From positions 310,001-374,000 of the forward strand of contig JAXLNO010000213.1 in the NCBI GenBank assembly GCA_038087875.1: a stretch of 64,000 bases of DNA. The letters run 5' to 3'. The stretch comes from Malacoraja senta (taxonomy: Eukaryota). Below the pieces are notes generated by a model. It was not told where the DNA came from and ran no database searches. It worked only from the letters and a program-made list of their open reading frames with translations. A program made the position numbers and the translations under genes. The stretch's first letter is position 1, and the number at the start of each line of letters is the position of its first letter. Shown in pieces: positions 27,505-40,480 of the stretch.

Positions 27505-27918
27505 GTAACCTTCCCTCCATTGATGAACTGTACACTGCAAGGACCAGGAAGCGAGCGAGCAAGATCATCTCTGACCCGTCGCACCCTGGCCACAAACTCT
27601 TTCAATCACTTCCCTCTGGAAGGTGACTCCGGATGGTCAAAGCTGCCACAGCCAGACATTAAAAGTTTTTATCCACGAGTAGTTGCTGTACTCAGCAGCC
27701 AAAAATCTGTAGCCTCCCTTTGATCTGGTATTTTATTGGTTCACATGCTTGATCAATGGTGTTTTATCATTAATGTTTTACTATTATTAATGTTTAGTGT
27801 TTTGTGAGTCATTCGTAACTGTCACTGTTTGTCATATTGTTACTTGTGGGCGCAGCATCAAGGCAAATTCCTTGTATGTGAATACTTGGCCAATAAACGT
27901 ACTTACTTACTTACTTAA
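27505..27918 (+). mobile_element. Rex1/Babar-like LINE 3' end with short (ACTT)n tail
   Basis: Encodes CNLPSIDELYTARTRKRASKIISDPSHPGHKL; same 3' UTR as 22412-22600. Confidence 0.85.
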
Positions 27919-27939
27919 TAATCAATATGATTTGTCTGA

Positions 27940-28640
27940 GGACGTAGTGAATCCGCGCCACCGAGCTGGGCGCTGCTTTTTGATCCAAAACCTCCATCCC
28001 AGAACCCTTTATGATCACACCCCAGATTCCAGGACGCTGGGCAGTGCAGGGACATGGGTACCGAACAAACCTCGTCCTAGGACACGGTGCAAACATCATA
28101 GACTAGCCTGGAGCTATGTGTAATCCAAACCACCGTCCCGGGATCCAGGACACTGTTTAATCGGGTCCTTGCGTAATCAGCATCCCAGATCGAGGACCAT
28201 GTGTAATCCACACCCCGGTCTAGTACCCGGGACCTTTATAATCCACACTCCCGTCTCTGGACATGGTTAGGTGTGAAATCTACACCCCAGGTCCAGGGCC
28301 ATATGTAATCCACACCACCATTCCAGCACCCTGGACCCTGTGTATTACACACACCCGCCCCAGCACCCGGGCCCCTGTGTAGTCAACAATCCCGTCACAG
28401 GACGCGGCTCCTTGTTTAATCAGCACCCCAGGTCATGGACCAGAGGTAATCCACACCACCTTTCCTGCACACGTGACCCTGTGTAATGGACATTCCGTCT
28501 CGGGACCTGATTATTTGTGTAACCTGTCCCGCAGGTCCAGGACCATGTGTAATCCACACTCCCTTTCCAGCACGCGGGAACCAGTGTAATCCAAACCAAG
28601 CCACGGTATTTCAACCCCTCGGACCCGGAACGCTGTGCAC
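27940..28640. repeat. Highly degenerate tgtaatccacac-core repeat related to the 30-bp minisatellite
   Basis: gtgtaatccaca-like cores recur at irregular spacing. Confidence 0.5.
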
Positions 28641-28964
28641 ACAAAACCCACTCCGATACACCGCAGGACTCAGCAGTAGACAATCGCCAGTCCCAAAGCA
28701 GCTCCCATCGGGAGAGTGAACCCATCCTCAATCGATCACCTGCTTGGAAAATACTGTAGCACCGTCCCGTCCCGAGGTGGCGAAGCCCCGTCGCGTTGGA
28801 CAACCTGCCGCTTCAGTCACGGAGCGATGAAGTGTGTGTGGGGGGGGGGGGCGAGTGGTGTCCACGAAGGAATTGGCGGATCGCATGGGAACCTTCACTC
28901 TGGGATATTGTGGGGGTGCAGGAGTAACGCTGTATATGTCGTATACGTGTTTTACCCATAACCC

Positions 28965-29485
28965 ACCCGCCAGACACGACCCTCCGGCACATGGCACATC
29001 CTCCCCTCCGGCAGACATGTCCTCGCCTCAACGAGGCACGCCTGTCATCCAGCCAGACAAGTGACCCCCTTCTCCAGACACGTATGTCCCTCTGCTAGAC
29101 ACCTTCCCCATCCGTCAAACACGTGCCCCACCGCCGAATAATTATCTCTCGCAGTCAGACACGTCCGACTCTCCGCCAGACACGTCAGCCTCTCCTCCAC
29201 ATTTGTCTGCCCTTCCGCCAGACACATCAGCCTCTCCTCCACATTTGTCTGCCCTTCCGCGAGACACGTCTGCCTCTCCTCCACACACCCCTAGACTTCG
29301 GCCAGGCACGGCGGTCCCTCTGCCAGACACGGCGGTCCCTCTGCCAGACACAGCTGGCTCTCTTCAATTACATCTGCCTCTCATGCCAGACACGCCTGCT
29401 CCTCAACACGGATACCGTCTGGTCCTCGGCCACACACAGGTCCCACTCCACTAGACCCCGCAGACCCACCAAGCAGACACGACTG
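28965..29485. repeat. Degenerate ccagacacg-core tandem repeat
   Basis: Recurrent ~21/42-bp units such as cagacacgtcagcctctcctccacatttgtctgcccttccgc. Confidence 0.6.
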
Positions 29486-29611
29486 CTCGTCAAATGCCAT
29501 TGTAGAGGCAGCTACCGGAGCAACTCCGAAAACATACTAATTCCGAAAGGTAAATGGCGAACAAATGTTGGGACAGATGTAGTCCAAAAGCTGACAAATG
29601 GGACAAGCTTT

Positions 29612-31450
29612 GAAACATAGATACGTAGAAACATAGAAAATAGGTGCAGGAGGAGGATATTCGGCCCTTCGAGCCAGCACCGCCATTCATTGTAATCGTA
29701 GCTGATCGTCCCCAATAAATAAATCGTGCCTGCCTTCTCCCCATATTGCTTGATTCCACTAGCCCCCAGAAATCTATCTAACTATATCTTAAATCCATCC
29801 AGGGATTTGGCATCCACTGCCCTCTGTGTGATAACATTAGCTATCCTCCAATCCACAGGAAACTGACCCCGAATCTATTGAACATTGGAAAATGATCACC
29901 AATGCGTCCACTATTTCTAGAGCCACCTCCCTGAGGACCCTGGAATGCAGACCATCAGGCCCAGGGGATTTATCATCCTTCAGTGGCATTAGCCTACCCA
30001 ATACTATTTCTCGCCTAATGAAAATGTATTTCAGTTCCTCTACCCCTTAGATCCTCTGTCCTCCACTACATCTGGGAGATTCCTTGTGTCTTCCTTAGTG
30101 AAGACAGATTCGAAGTACCTGTTCAACTCTTCTGTCATTTCCGTGTTCCCCATAATAATTTCACCCGTGTCTGCCTTCATTTGACTTTGCTACTCTTTTC
30201 CCCTTAACATATCTAAGGAAGTTTTACTGTCCTTCCTTATATTCCTGGCCAGCTTCCCCTCGTACTTCATCTTTTCAGCCCGTATTGCACGTTTAGTTTC
30301 CTTCTGTTGTCCTATGAAAGTTTCCCAAGCTTCTGACTTGCGGCTACTCTTTGCAGTGCCATAGACCTTTTCTTTTAGTTTTATTCTATCCCTAACTTCT
30401 CTTGCCAGCCACGGTTGTCTCCTACTCCCCTTAGAATCTTTCTTCATTTTGGAATGAAATGATCCTGCGTCTTCCGGATTATGCCCAGAAATTCCTGCCA
30501 TTGCTGTTCCACCGTCATTCCTGCTAGCATCCCTTTCCAGTCTACCTTGGCCAGCTCCCCTCTCATGCCTTCATAGTCCCCTTTGTTCCACTGCATCAGA
30601 GACATTTCCGATTTAACCTTCTCTTTCTCAAATTGCATATTAAAACTAATTATATTATGATCACAGCCTCCAAGCGGTTCATTTACCTCGAGTTCTCCTA
30701 TCATATCTGGTTTATTAGACAACACTAAATCCAGAATTGCCTTTTCTCTGAACGGTTCCATTACAAACTGCTCTAAGAATCCATCTCGGAGGCATTCTAC
30801 AAACTCTCTTTCTTGGGGTTCTGAACAAAACTGAATTTCCCAGTCTACCTGCATATTGGAATCCCCCATCACCACAGTTGCATTACCTTTGTTACATGCC
30901 AGGTTTAACTCTTGCTGCAACTGACACGTTACATCCGGGCTACTATTTGGGGGTCTGTAGATAACACCAATTTGTGTCTTCTTGTCTTTACAATTACTCA
31001 ACTCAATCCACAGTGACTCTGCCTCGTCAGTCCCTATGTCTTCCTTTGCAAGGGACTGAATTCCATCCCTCACAAGCAGAGCTACCACCCTCCTCTGCCC
31101 ACCTGCCTATCATTTATATATGGTGTATAACTCTGAATATTAAGTTCCCAGGCCCGATCCTCCTGCAGCCACGTCTCAGTAATCCTCACAATGTCATATC
31201 TACCAACCTCTAACTGAGCCTCAAACTCATCGACTTTACTTCTTATACTTCGCGCATTCATATACAAGAAGTTTAATTCCTTACGCGTCTCACCTTTCAC
31301 ATCGATCCCTATTACATTTAGCCATACTCTCCTATCCCTTTGTCAGCTTTCTTTCCCGTTAATTCTGGGGTCATTAACTATCCCTTTACTCTCTTTCCCT
31401 TCAAATCCGTCCTTGACTATCCCATTTGACACCGCCACCCCCTTTATTTA
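29612..31450 (-). mobile_element. CR1-type LINE: AP-endonuclease region joined to a 3' tail
   Basis: Encodes FLYMNARSIRSKVDE, ITETWL, GVIYRPP, MGDSN, AILDLVLSN and GGCDHNII. A 3' UTR at 29612-29830 is joined straight to the early RT region. Confidence 0.85.
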
Positions 31451-31655
31451 GCTGTTAAATATCGTGTGGTGAAATCATAATTGTAAGTATTGCTAATGCG
31501 ATGTTCATACCATGAAGTAATGTTAATGTTCTTGTTTTCGTCTTCCTGATCCCATGGGAAGACTATCTCTAAGAGATATCAAGCTTTTCTCTAGAACGCG
31601 CTGTCAGTTGCATTCCAGCATCGAACATTGAGCTTCTCTCTCGCAGCTCCCCAGG

Positions 31656-34414
31656 ATGAAAGTTGTATTCACCGATTATCCGTTTTTTCTGCTGCCTTCC
31701 CTGGTTCAGGCAGCAATGATTTATTACCCGATTGTAGCAGTGCTTGGAATTCTTGGGAAGTAATTGGATCTATGTTATTAATCGTCCCGATAAGCTTGTT
31801 TTTATACACCATTCTTAGCAGATATGTGGCGTTTAGATCTCCCTGTCGTCCAATCCATTGAAAGACGACTATCGCCGTGTTTCTGACGGCCTGAACTCAG
31901 TAATACCTCGTTTCGGTCAGATGAAATGTACATTTTCAACAGCAAATGCTGCAGTTGGTTGAAATGATTTAATGTATTTCATTAATGTTTTGTGTGAAAC
32001 TTCCTGCAGTCAATTAAATATTTTGTATTTACTTTATTGGTTCAATTCATCAGCTGGTCAGAATCTCAGGTGCGTGTGTGGCGGTCCCGATATCCTCACA
32101 ATGTGTTTAAGAAGGAACTGCAGATGCTGGAAAATCGAAGGTACACAAAATCTCTGTAAACAGCAATAGCGAAAATGAGACATTTATACAATTTATAACT
32201 GGCGAGATGTTACCGAGATTCAAAGCACAAGAGCGGTGAATGTCTGATGAATTGAAACGATAAATTGAAAATAATTGATTTTATTGATTTACTGCCGGAC
32301 GTTCCAGTCAAACAGAAAATGATGAATATAATTGCAGTTAACTGCACCGATGCAATTCGTTGCATTAACTGCATTTGTTACTGTTAGAAATGCACATTTC
32401 GTGTTAATAAAAGGAAGCGTAAATGAGTTAAAGACGTACAAATTCACGGCTACATTTTCAGTCATCATTACATCTTATCAGATGACATTTGATTTCACCA
32501 TCGGCTACCAGGAAATGCCGTGGCGTCGCGTTTCATTTACAGATCACAGATTTGCACCTGCCGCGTACACCATATTTATGCGATCTGATAAAATACGGTG
32601 CCATGTAAATTCATTGTAAATTTACCATTATTTTCATTCACGCATCTATTGCGATTACATTCCCCGTCAACACTGGCGACAGTCCTAACAGTGGAAATAA
32701 GTAAGTAAGTAAGTTTATTGGCCAAGTATTCACATACAAGGAATTTGCCTTGGTGCTCCGCCCACAAGTAGCAACATGACATACAGTGACAGTTACGAAT
32801 GACTCAGAAACACTAAACATTAATAATAATAAAACATTAATGATAAAACACCATTGATCAAGCATGTGAACCAAGAAAATACCAGATCAAAGGGAGGCTA
32901 CAGATTTTTAGCTGTTAATTAGTGCAACTACTCGTGGATAAAAACAGTTTTTATGTCTGGCTGTGGCAGCTTTGTCAATCCGGAGTCGCCTTCCAGAGGG
33001 ACGTGATTCAAAGAGTTTGTGGCCAGAGTGAGAGGGTCAGAGGTGATCTTGCCCGCTCGCTTCCTGGCCCTTGCAGTGTATAGTTCATCAATGGAGGGAA
33101 GGTTGCAGCCAATAATCTTCTCTGCTGATCGGACGATCGCTGCAGCCTCCGGATGTCGTGCTTGGTGACTGAGTCAAACCAGACCATGATGGAGAAGGTG
33201 AGAACAGACTCTACGATGGCCGTGTAGAATTGGACCATCATTGCCTGTGGCAGATTGTGCTTCCTCAGCTGCCGCAGGAAGTACATCCTCTGTTGTGCCT
33301 TTTTGACTACGTTTCTTTCTCGTTGCCCAACCTTTAAAAATCTGGGGCGGTTTGCGACTCGCCCTGTCATGAATGTCTATGCTCAACTCCAATCTTCATG
33401 TGAAATCGCGTGTTACGTGGGGCACCCTGTACCCTACACTGCTAATGCACTTTGTTGATTTTTGTTTCTTCCCGTAACACAGCTAATGTGATATCTATTG
33501 CCATCCTGTCCCGGGGAAAGTGCGGTCTCTCCAAATGTGTATCACGCTATCTTGTTGCCATGGCTGCGGCGGATCTGTTGGTTGCTGTAATTGACGTATT
33601 ACTTTATCGTATCAATGGTCTATATTTCCCCACAACTTTTCTCTTCATTACTCAAGTGTGCTCCTTCCACCGGGCCCTTAACCACGCAGTCACAGACATG
33701 TCCGTGTGGTTAACACTCTCGTTCACATTTGATCGGTATTTGATGATATGTTGTCACAAACTGCGATCTAGATTTTGCACCGAGAAAACAGCAGCCAGGG
33801 TTATAGCAACTGTGTGTCCGCTGTTCTGCTGCAAAAACATCCCCTGGTACTTTGCATTTGAACCTAGTATATCAGTACACAATGTAGCATGGGGCTGTAA
33901 TACAAAACAAGAATTCTTCATTGAACCTACATGGATATTATTCACCTGGATTCACCGATGTTTCAGCCCTGTGCTTCCAATGTTCCTGATATTATTGCTC
34001 AACGCTCTAACAGTCTGGCACATTTTAATGGCTAGTCAAGTCCGCAAGAACCTGAGAGGCGGCAAGAATGCTGCGAATCAGAATGACACCGAGCTGGAAA
34101 GCAGAAGAAAGTCAATCATCTTGCTCTTTGCAATTTCGGGCAACTTCATTATGTTGTGGATGACGTATTTTATAGGTTTCCTCTGGACACAGATAACAAA
34201 GCGGTCTTATTTTACCGGTTTCAATGACCCGTTGTTTATCGTGGACGAAACCAGCTACATGCTCCTGCTTTTGAGTTGCTGCACAAACACGTGTATTTAC
34301 GCGGTAACTCAGTCTAAATTCAGAGAGGAACTGAAGAGCGGGATGAAATATCTGCCGAGAATAATGTTTAAACGAGTTAAGGAAGGACAGCCATGTAGAA
34401 ACTATAGGCAATAA
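31656..34414 (+). CDS. Gene C: more divergent GPR139/GPR142-like GPCR, join(31656..31755,33483..34414); donor is non-canonical, so possibly a pseudogene
   Basis: Exon 1 reads MKVVFTDYPFFLLPSLVQAAMIYYPIVAVLGIL+G and is followed by GGAAGT. Acceptor is aacacAG|CTAAT. Exon 2 is fully open (AMAAADLL, TFDRYLMICC, ESRRKSIILL, SCCTNTCIY). 100+932=1032 nt. Confidence 0.75.
32698..33308 (-). mobile_element. Rex1/Babar-like LINE 3' end in gene C intron
   Basis: Encodes KKAQQRMYFLRQLRKHNLPQAMMVQFYTAIVES; short (TTAC)n tail. Confidence 0.85.
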
Positions 34415-34764
34415 GTTACAGCGGAATTGTATCTCCCGTTTCATCTAAGCCAGCAATATTCTCATTTATATCTGTCCTATCCCAATGCAACATCCAACAT
34501 ATCCTGGAGATTTCTACATTTTGCGTTAGTGAACGAGTCGGCAGATGTAGGCTGGGTTAGATACGGAGGGAACTGATGGTCATGGGCTAAATAGTAATCA
34601 TGCATGCACACATCTCAATTAAAAGCTTTGTTTGTCTGGGAGATCTATGTGGTCCTGGGAAATAGATTGTAGGATTTTAGAAAACACGAGACCAAGTGGG
34701 ACTCTTCCCCCAACGTGGGACGTTGAATACCCCAATAGCTACGTCTCTTTTGCCCTTCGCGCCT

Positions 34765-34912
<148 letters not shown>

Positions 34913-36399
34913 TATCTCTGTGACATCGAGTACTTTCTTGCTGCGGTTCCTGTTCCCTTCTCTCCTGATCTGTCTCTGGATTATCTCTGAGACGTTGAGT
35001 TCTTTCTTGCGACTCCTCTTGTGCCCTCCTGACCTGATCTCTCTCTCTCTCTCTCGATTATTTCAGAGACATTGAGTTCTTTCTTGTTGCTTCTCATGTG
35101 CCTACTGTTCCTCACTAATTCTCGCTGTCGCTTTTTGACTTTACTTGACTATCCCGCACCTCTTTTTCTCCGTCATCTAGGCATGATTTTGTAATATTGC
35201 AACTGTAAATGAAAAGATCTTTTTTGTTTAAAATAACCTAATGATTACGTAAATAATACCCCAAACACAAACTCAGTTGCTAATGAGCACAGATTAATTG
35301 GATGAAAATTGAGTCTTTCATGTGGAATTAAAATAATGTGAATGAAAAATATTTTAATTGCAATTGTAAATGAAAATATAACTGTATATTTGTTGAAAAT
35401 TCAACCTCTCCTAAAATAAATCGTAATCAGTGTAATCGCCAGGCCTTTTTATAAAATCCAACTGTGTTTAAATAAACAGTTTTAAATAAATAAAATAACC
35501 CAAACACAATCTCAGTTGTTAATGAACACAGATTAAATGGATGAAAATTGAGGTTTTCCTGTGAATGAAACGTTTTTTTTAATTGCAACTGTAACTGAAA
35601 ATGTTATGGGAGTGAATCGCGAAGTATGTTTGGAAATGCAACTGTGTTGAAATAAAACATTCGATCGCGAAGCTGTTTAGAGATCCAACTGTATATCTGT
35701 TAAAAAATAATGCAACTCGTAAAATAAATCCTAATGAATGTAATCGCCAAGTATTTTTAAAAATACTACTTTTTAATAAAGGAGCATAGTAAAAGGGCCT
35801 TTAATTGCGACTGTAAATTAATGCAATAGCGAAGTATTGCACCTGAATCAATGTATTTAAAAAAATCAAACTCTTTTTAAATAAATGTGATTCAATGCAT
35901 GGAACTCTTGCAAAATAAATGTTAATCAATTCAATTGCCAAGATTTTCTTCAATAAATGTTAATCAATGAAATCGTTGTCTTTTTTCCAGCAACAGTCTA
36001 AATAATATGTAAAATCGTGAAGTAATAATGAAATGCAGAACATCCGTCTTTTTCTAAATTGAAAAGGTTAATCAATGGAATATCGATTTTTTTTTCAATG
36101 CAACTAATATAAAATATATAAAAGCTTATCGTGAAAGAGAGCGAAGTCAGCGAAGTCAGAATGTTCTGGAAGAGCGGTTGTTGAGTTGTGCTCCGTTTAC
36201 GTGGGAGCCGGACAAGTAATCGTTTTTTTTTATTTAAAAAGGCAACAAGTGTGAAATAAAAAGGAAATGAATGAAATGGCGATTTTTTTTTTTGCAAGCA
36301 GCAGTCCCATTAAAGTGTGAAATCCCGATTAATGAAAAAAATCGGCAATTTCAATCAATGTAAAAGCGGCGATTTATTTTTTAAAAAAAGACAATAAAT

Positions 36400-36900
36400 A
36401 AAGTAAAAAAGTAAAAAATAAAGTATCCTTTCTTGTCATTCAGACCTTTCGGTCTGAACGAAATGTTGTTGCCTTGCAGTCATAACATAGAATAAAATAA
36501 CAAAACACACAATAAACACAAATTTAACATCCACCACAGTGAGTTCACAAGGCACCTCCTCACTGTGATGGAAGTCAAAAGTCTTAAAGTCTTTGTCTTT
36601 TCCCTCCTTGCTCTCCCTCTGCTGTGAGGCGATCCAGGCTTCCGATGTTCGGACCCGCCGGGTGATGGTAAGTAAGCCCCGCGGCTCAGCCGTGCTCCGC
36701 GAACGGGCCGGTTCAAGCTCCGCGGCCCGGGGTGGTCAAAGCTGCCGCCCTCCAGTCCAGCGGACGAAGCTGGACCTGTGACCTGCGAGCTCTCGACGAT
36801 GTCGTCCACTGGCCCGTGGCCGAACCTCCGAAGTCGGGCCGCCGCCGGAACGCCGTCTCAGCCCCGAGTCGGGCCGCCGCCAGAACGCCGCCTCAGCCCT
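36400..36900 (-). mobile_element. GC-rich non-autonomous retroposon with Rex/Babar-like hairpin tail (related copies ~38010-38497, ~40565-41160, ~57180-57945)
   Basis: Shared 3' architecture of hairpin, gacaataaa-like signal and short microsatellite tail. The ccaccacagtgag...cctcactgtgatgga motif is shared by the 36.5 and 40.7 kb copies. No ORF. Confidence 0.5.
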
Positions 36901-37309
36901 GAAATGCAATCGGCAAGTCTTTTTATCAATAAAAGTAACTGGTGTAAAAGAAAAGCCAATCGCAAGCCAAAAGCCAATCGCAAGAAATTGCGATTTGTTT
37001 TTTTTTGCAAGCAGCAGTCTAAGTAAAATGTGAAATCCAGAGATAAATGCAATCGGCCCGTCTTTTGAAATTAAGGCAACTGTTGTAAAATCAAAGCTAA
37101 TGATTAAAATGGAGATTTTTTTGCAAGCAGCAGCTTAATTAATGCATGAAATTCCGATTTAATAAATGTCAATACATGCATTGGGCAAGTCTTTTTTAAA
37201 TAAATATAAAACAGTGTAAAAATGAAAAAGCAACCCGCAACTCGTTTAAAACGACGTTAAAATATATTTTTTAATTAAATATAAAAAAGTGTAAACCTGA
37301 AAAAGCTAC

Positions 37310-37509
37310 NNNNNNNNNNNNNNNNNNNNNNNNNNNNNNNNNNNNNNNNNNNNNNNNNNNNNNNNNNNNNNNNNNNNNNNNNNNNNNNNNNNNNNNNNNN
37401 NNNNNNNNNNNNNNNNNNNNNNNNNNNNNNNNNNNNNNNNNNNNNNNNNNNNNNNNNNNNNNNNNNNNNNNNNNNNNNNNNNNNNNNNNNNNNNNNNNNN
37501 NNNNNNNNN
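37310..37509. other. Assembly gap (200 N)
   Basis: Run of N. Confidence 1.
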
Positions 37510-39224
37510 ATCAAACTCTTTTTAAATAAATGTGATTCAATGCATGGAACTCTTGCAAAATAAGTGTTAATCAATTCAATTGCCAAGATGTTCTTCAATA
37601 AATGTTAATCAATGAAATCGTTGTCTTTTTTCAAGCAGCAGTCTTAATAACGTGTAAAATCGTGAAGTCATAATGAAATGCAGAACATCCGTCTTTTTCT
37701 AAATTGAAAACGTAAATCAATGCAATATCGATTTTTTTTTCAATGCAACTAGTATAAAATATATAAAAGCTTATCGTGAAAGAGAGCGAAGTCGGCGAAG
37801 TCAGAATGTTCTGGAAGAGCAGTTGTTGAGTTGTGCTCCGTTTACGTGGGAGCCGGACAATTAATCGTTTTTTTTTAAAACGAAATTAATGAAATGGCAA
37901 TTTTTTTTGCAAGCAGCAGTCCCATTAAAGTGTGAAATCCCGATTAATCAATAAAATCGGCAATTTCAATGAATGTAAAAGCGGCGATTTTTTTTTTAAA
38001 AGACAATAAATAAAGTAAAAAAGTAAAAAGTAAAGTATCCTTTATTGTCATTCACACCTTTCTGTCTGAACGAAATTTTGTTGCCTTGCAGTCATAACAT
38101 AGAATAAAATAACAAAACACACAATAAACACAAATTTAACATCTCACAAGGCACCTCCTCACTGTGATAGAAGTCAAAAGTCTTAGTCTTTGTCTTTTCC
38201 CTCCTTGCTCTCCCTCTGCGCTGAGGCGATCCAGGCTTCCGATGTTGGGACCCGCCGGGTGATGGTAAGTAAGCCCCGCGGCTCAGCCGTGCTCCGCGAA
38301 CGGGCCGGTTCAAACTCCGCGGCCCGGGGTGGTCAAAGCTGCCGCCCTCCAGTCCAGCGGACGAAGCTGAACCTGTGACCTGCGAGCGCTCGACGATGTC
38401 GATAGTGGCCCGTGGCCGAACCTCCGATTTCGGGCCGCCGCCGGAACGCCGTCTCAGCCCCGAGTCGGGCCGCCACCAGAACGCCGCCTCAGCCCTGAAA
38501 TGCAATCGGCAAGTCTTTTTATAAATAAAAGTAACTGGTGTAAAAGAAAAGCCAATCGCAAGCCAAAAGCCAATCGCGAGAAATTGCGATTTTTGTTGTT
38601 GCAAGCAGCAGTCTACGTAAAATGTGAAATCCGGAGATAAATGCAATCGGCTCGTCTTTTTAAATTGTGGCAACTGTTGTAAAATCATAGCTAATGATTG
38701 GAATGGAGATTTTTTTTGCAAGCAGCAGCTTAATTAATGCGTGAAATTCCGATTTAATAAATGTCAATACATGCATTGGGCAAGTCTTTTTAAAATAAAT
38801 ATAAAACAGGGTAAAAATGAAAAACCAACCCGCAACCCGTTTAAAACGACGTTAACATATATATTTTAATTAAATATAAAAAAGTGTAAACCTGAAAAAG
38901 CTACCCGCGATCCGTTTAATGTCGTAAAAATATATATAAGCTTATCGTTAAAGAGAGCGATGTCGAGGAAGTCAGAATGAATCAGTCAGCTCTTCGCCTG
39001 AGTGAGGGCTTGGAGAACGTTGTGGAAGTGCGATTGGAAGAATCACCTATGCCGAAGGTTGCAGCGTGGAAGAGTGACCAATGCAAGTGTTTGAAAATGT
39101 GGGAAGAGGCGTTGGAGCGCTGGAGTGCCCCCTCCCGGCCGGAGTGGCCCGTCTTGCTATGCGAGCGCTGGAGCGTGCATTGTGACGCCACTCGGTCGGA
39201 AAATGGGTGTGTCTGAGCTGTATA

Positions 39225-39750
39225 TCTATATTACTAAAAGGCTGATCATGACCGCTTTTGGCCCACTGTGGTGCGATTTCCGAGAGAACGCCGCCACGTA
39301 CGGCCGTCATTTTTGGCCACCTCGGTCAGAGACGCCCTCCGCCTTCCTGGACAAGAGGATTTTTCCCGTCGAGGAAAAATGAGAGTGATATGAATGTTTT
39401 TAAACAATTCCCCATTCTCTCTGCTGCCCCCGCTGGCGGCTGGGGGAGGGACTATAAAACCCGGAAGTGTCGTGCGCACTCAGTCTCTGCCAGACCCAGG
39501 AAGGCAGAGGGTCACGACTCTCTGAGCTGTGAATAACACTGAATGTATTGGTTCTAAAGTATTTGCAAATTTGTTTCTCTTGGCTGTTAAAAAAATGTTT
39601 ACAGGAAACGTATTGGCTGCAAAGTATTTGCAAATTTTTTTCTCTTGGCTGTTTAAAAAAAAGTTTACTGGAAACGTTTTGGTTGTAAAGAGTTTGCAAA
39701 TTTATTTCTGTCGGCTGTTAAAATGTTTGCAACAGTTTTCAGATGGATAA
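39225..39750 (+). mobile_element. Helitron-like 5' end
   Basis: A|TCTATATTACTAAAAG start resembling 15630 and 7871; no matching 3' end found. Confidence 0.5.
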
Positions 39751-40049
39751 AGCATGAATAAACATTTTATTAGATCAGAACTGTGTTTAATTTTAAAATT
39801 GGCGCTCATTCTGTGATTTTCGCTTGGTTGCAAGATGGCGTCGATGACGTCATTTCCGTTTAGCGGCACGACGGCGCCGAGTGCGTCATTTCCGGTTCGT
39901 GGCAAGAAGGCGCTGACTGCAGAATACACAGAGTGCAGGCGCTGCTGAATAATACACGAGAGCTTTACTGCTCTGTCTATGGTAAGTGTGTTTGTTGGAC
40001 GTTATTTAAAGCATGTTTTTGTTTCAGAAGCAGCCTCTGCAGGAGGCTT

Positions 40050-40057
40050 TGTGTGTG

Positions 40058-40107
<50 letters not shown>

Positions 40108-40127
40108 CGTGCATGCGTGTGTGTGTG
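40050..40127. repeat. (TG)n microsatellite
   Basis: Directly visible. Confidence 0.9.
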
Positions 40128-40480
40128 ACGAGAAGTTACCAGTTTGAAGTCTGATCTTTATTTTATGAGGAGTTAGATGAGTGATTACGTGAAGAAGAGC
40201 CCGTCCAGCCGCACACGCGTCAATCTTCAAAGCAGCGGAGTGAAATCACAGACAACAATAACTGAAGTATGATAGTAGGATACGTAAAGACTAGAACTAC
40301 CAGCTCGATCTTTATGAGGGAGGGAGCGGAGGGCACGTAGTCCCTCGGCGTAACTCCTCATAAAATAAAGATCAAACTTCAAACTGGTAAGTTCTCGTTT
40401 AAACTTACTATTTTACTTCGGAGTCACGTGAGTGACTACGTGAAGATTTCAGAGCTCTATGATTTCACGCCGCAGATTCA
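40128..40480. mobile_element. DIRS-like terminal/ICR remnant with a 48-bp inverted repeat
   Basis: 40128-40175 is a near reverse complement of 40351-40398; gagtgactacgtgaaga-like blocks are reiterated. Confidence 0.45.

Larger units (their letters stand above)
24225..27611 (-). repeat. Inverted paralog of the gene A/B block, lacking the receptor
   Basis: 25570-27611 is the reverse complement of 1-1730; 24225-24485 is the reverse complement of ~48685-48945. Confidence 0.85.
35865..38904 (+). repeat. ~1.4-kb direct repeat on both sides of the assembly gap (35865-37309 vs 37510-38904)
   Basis: The post-gap start matches 35865 and the pre-gap end matches 38891-38904. Confidence 0.85.
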
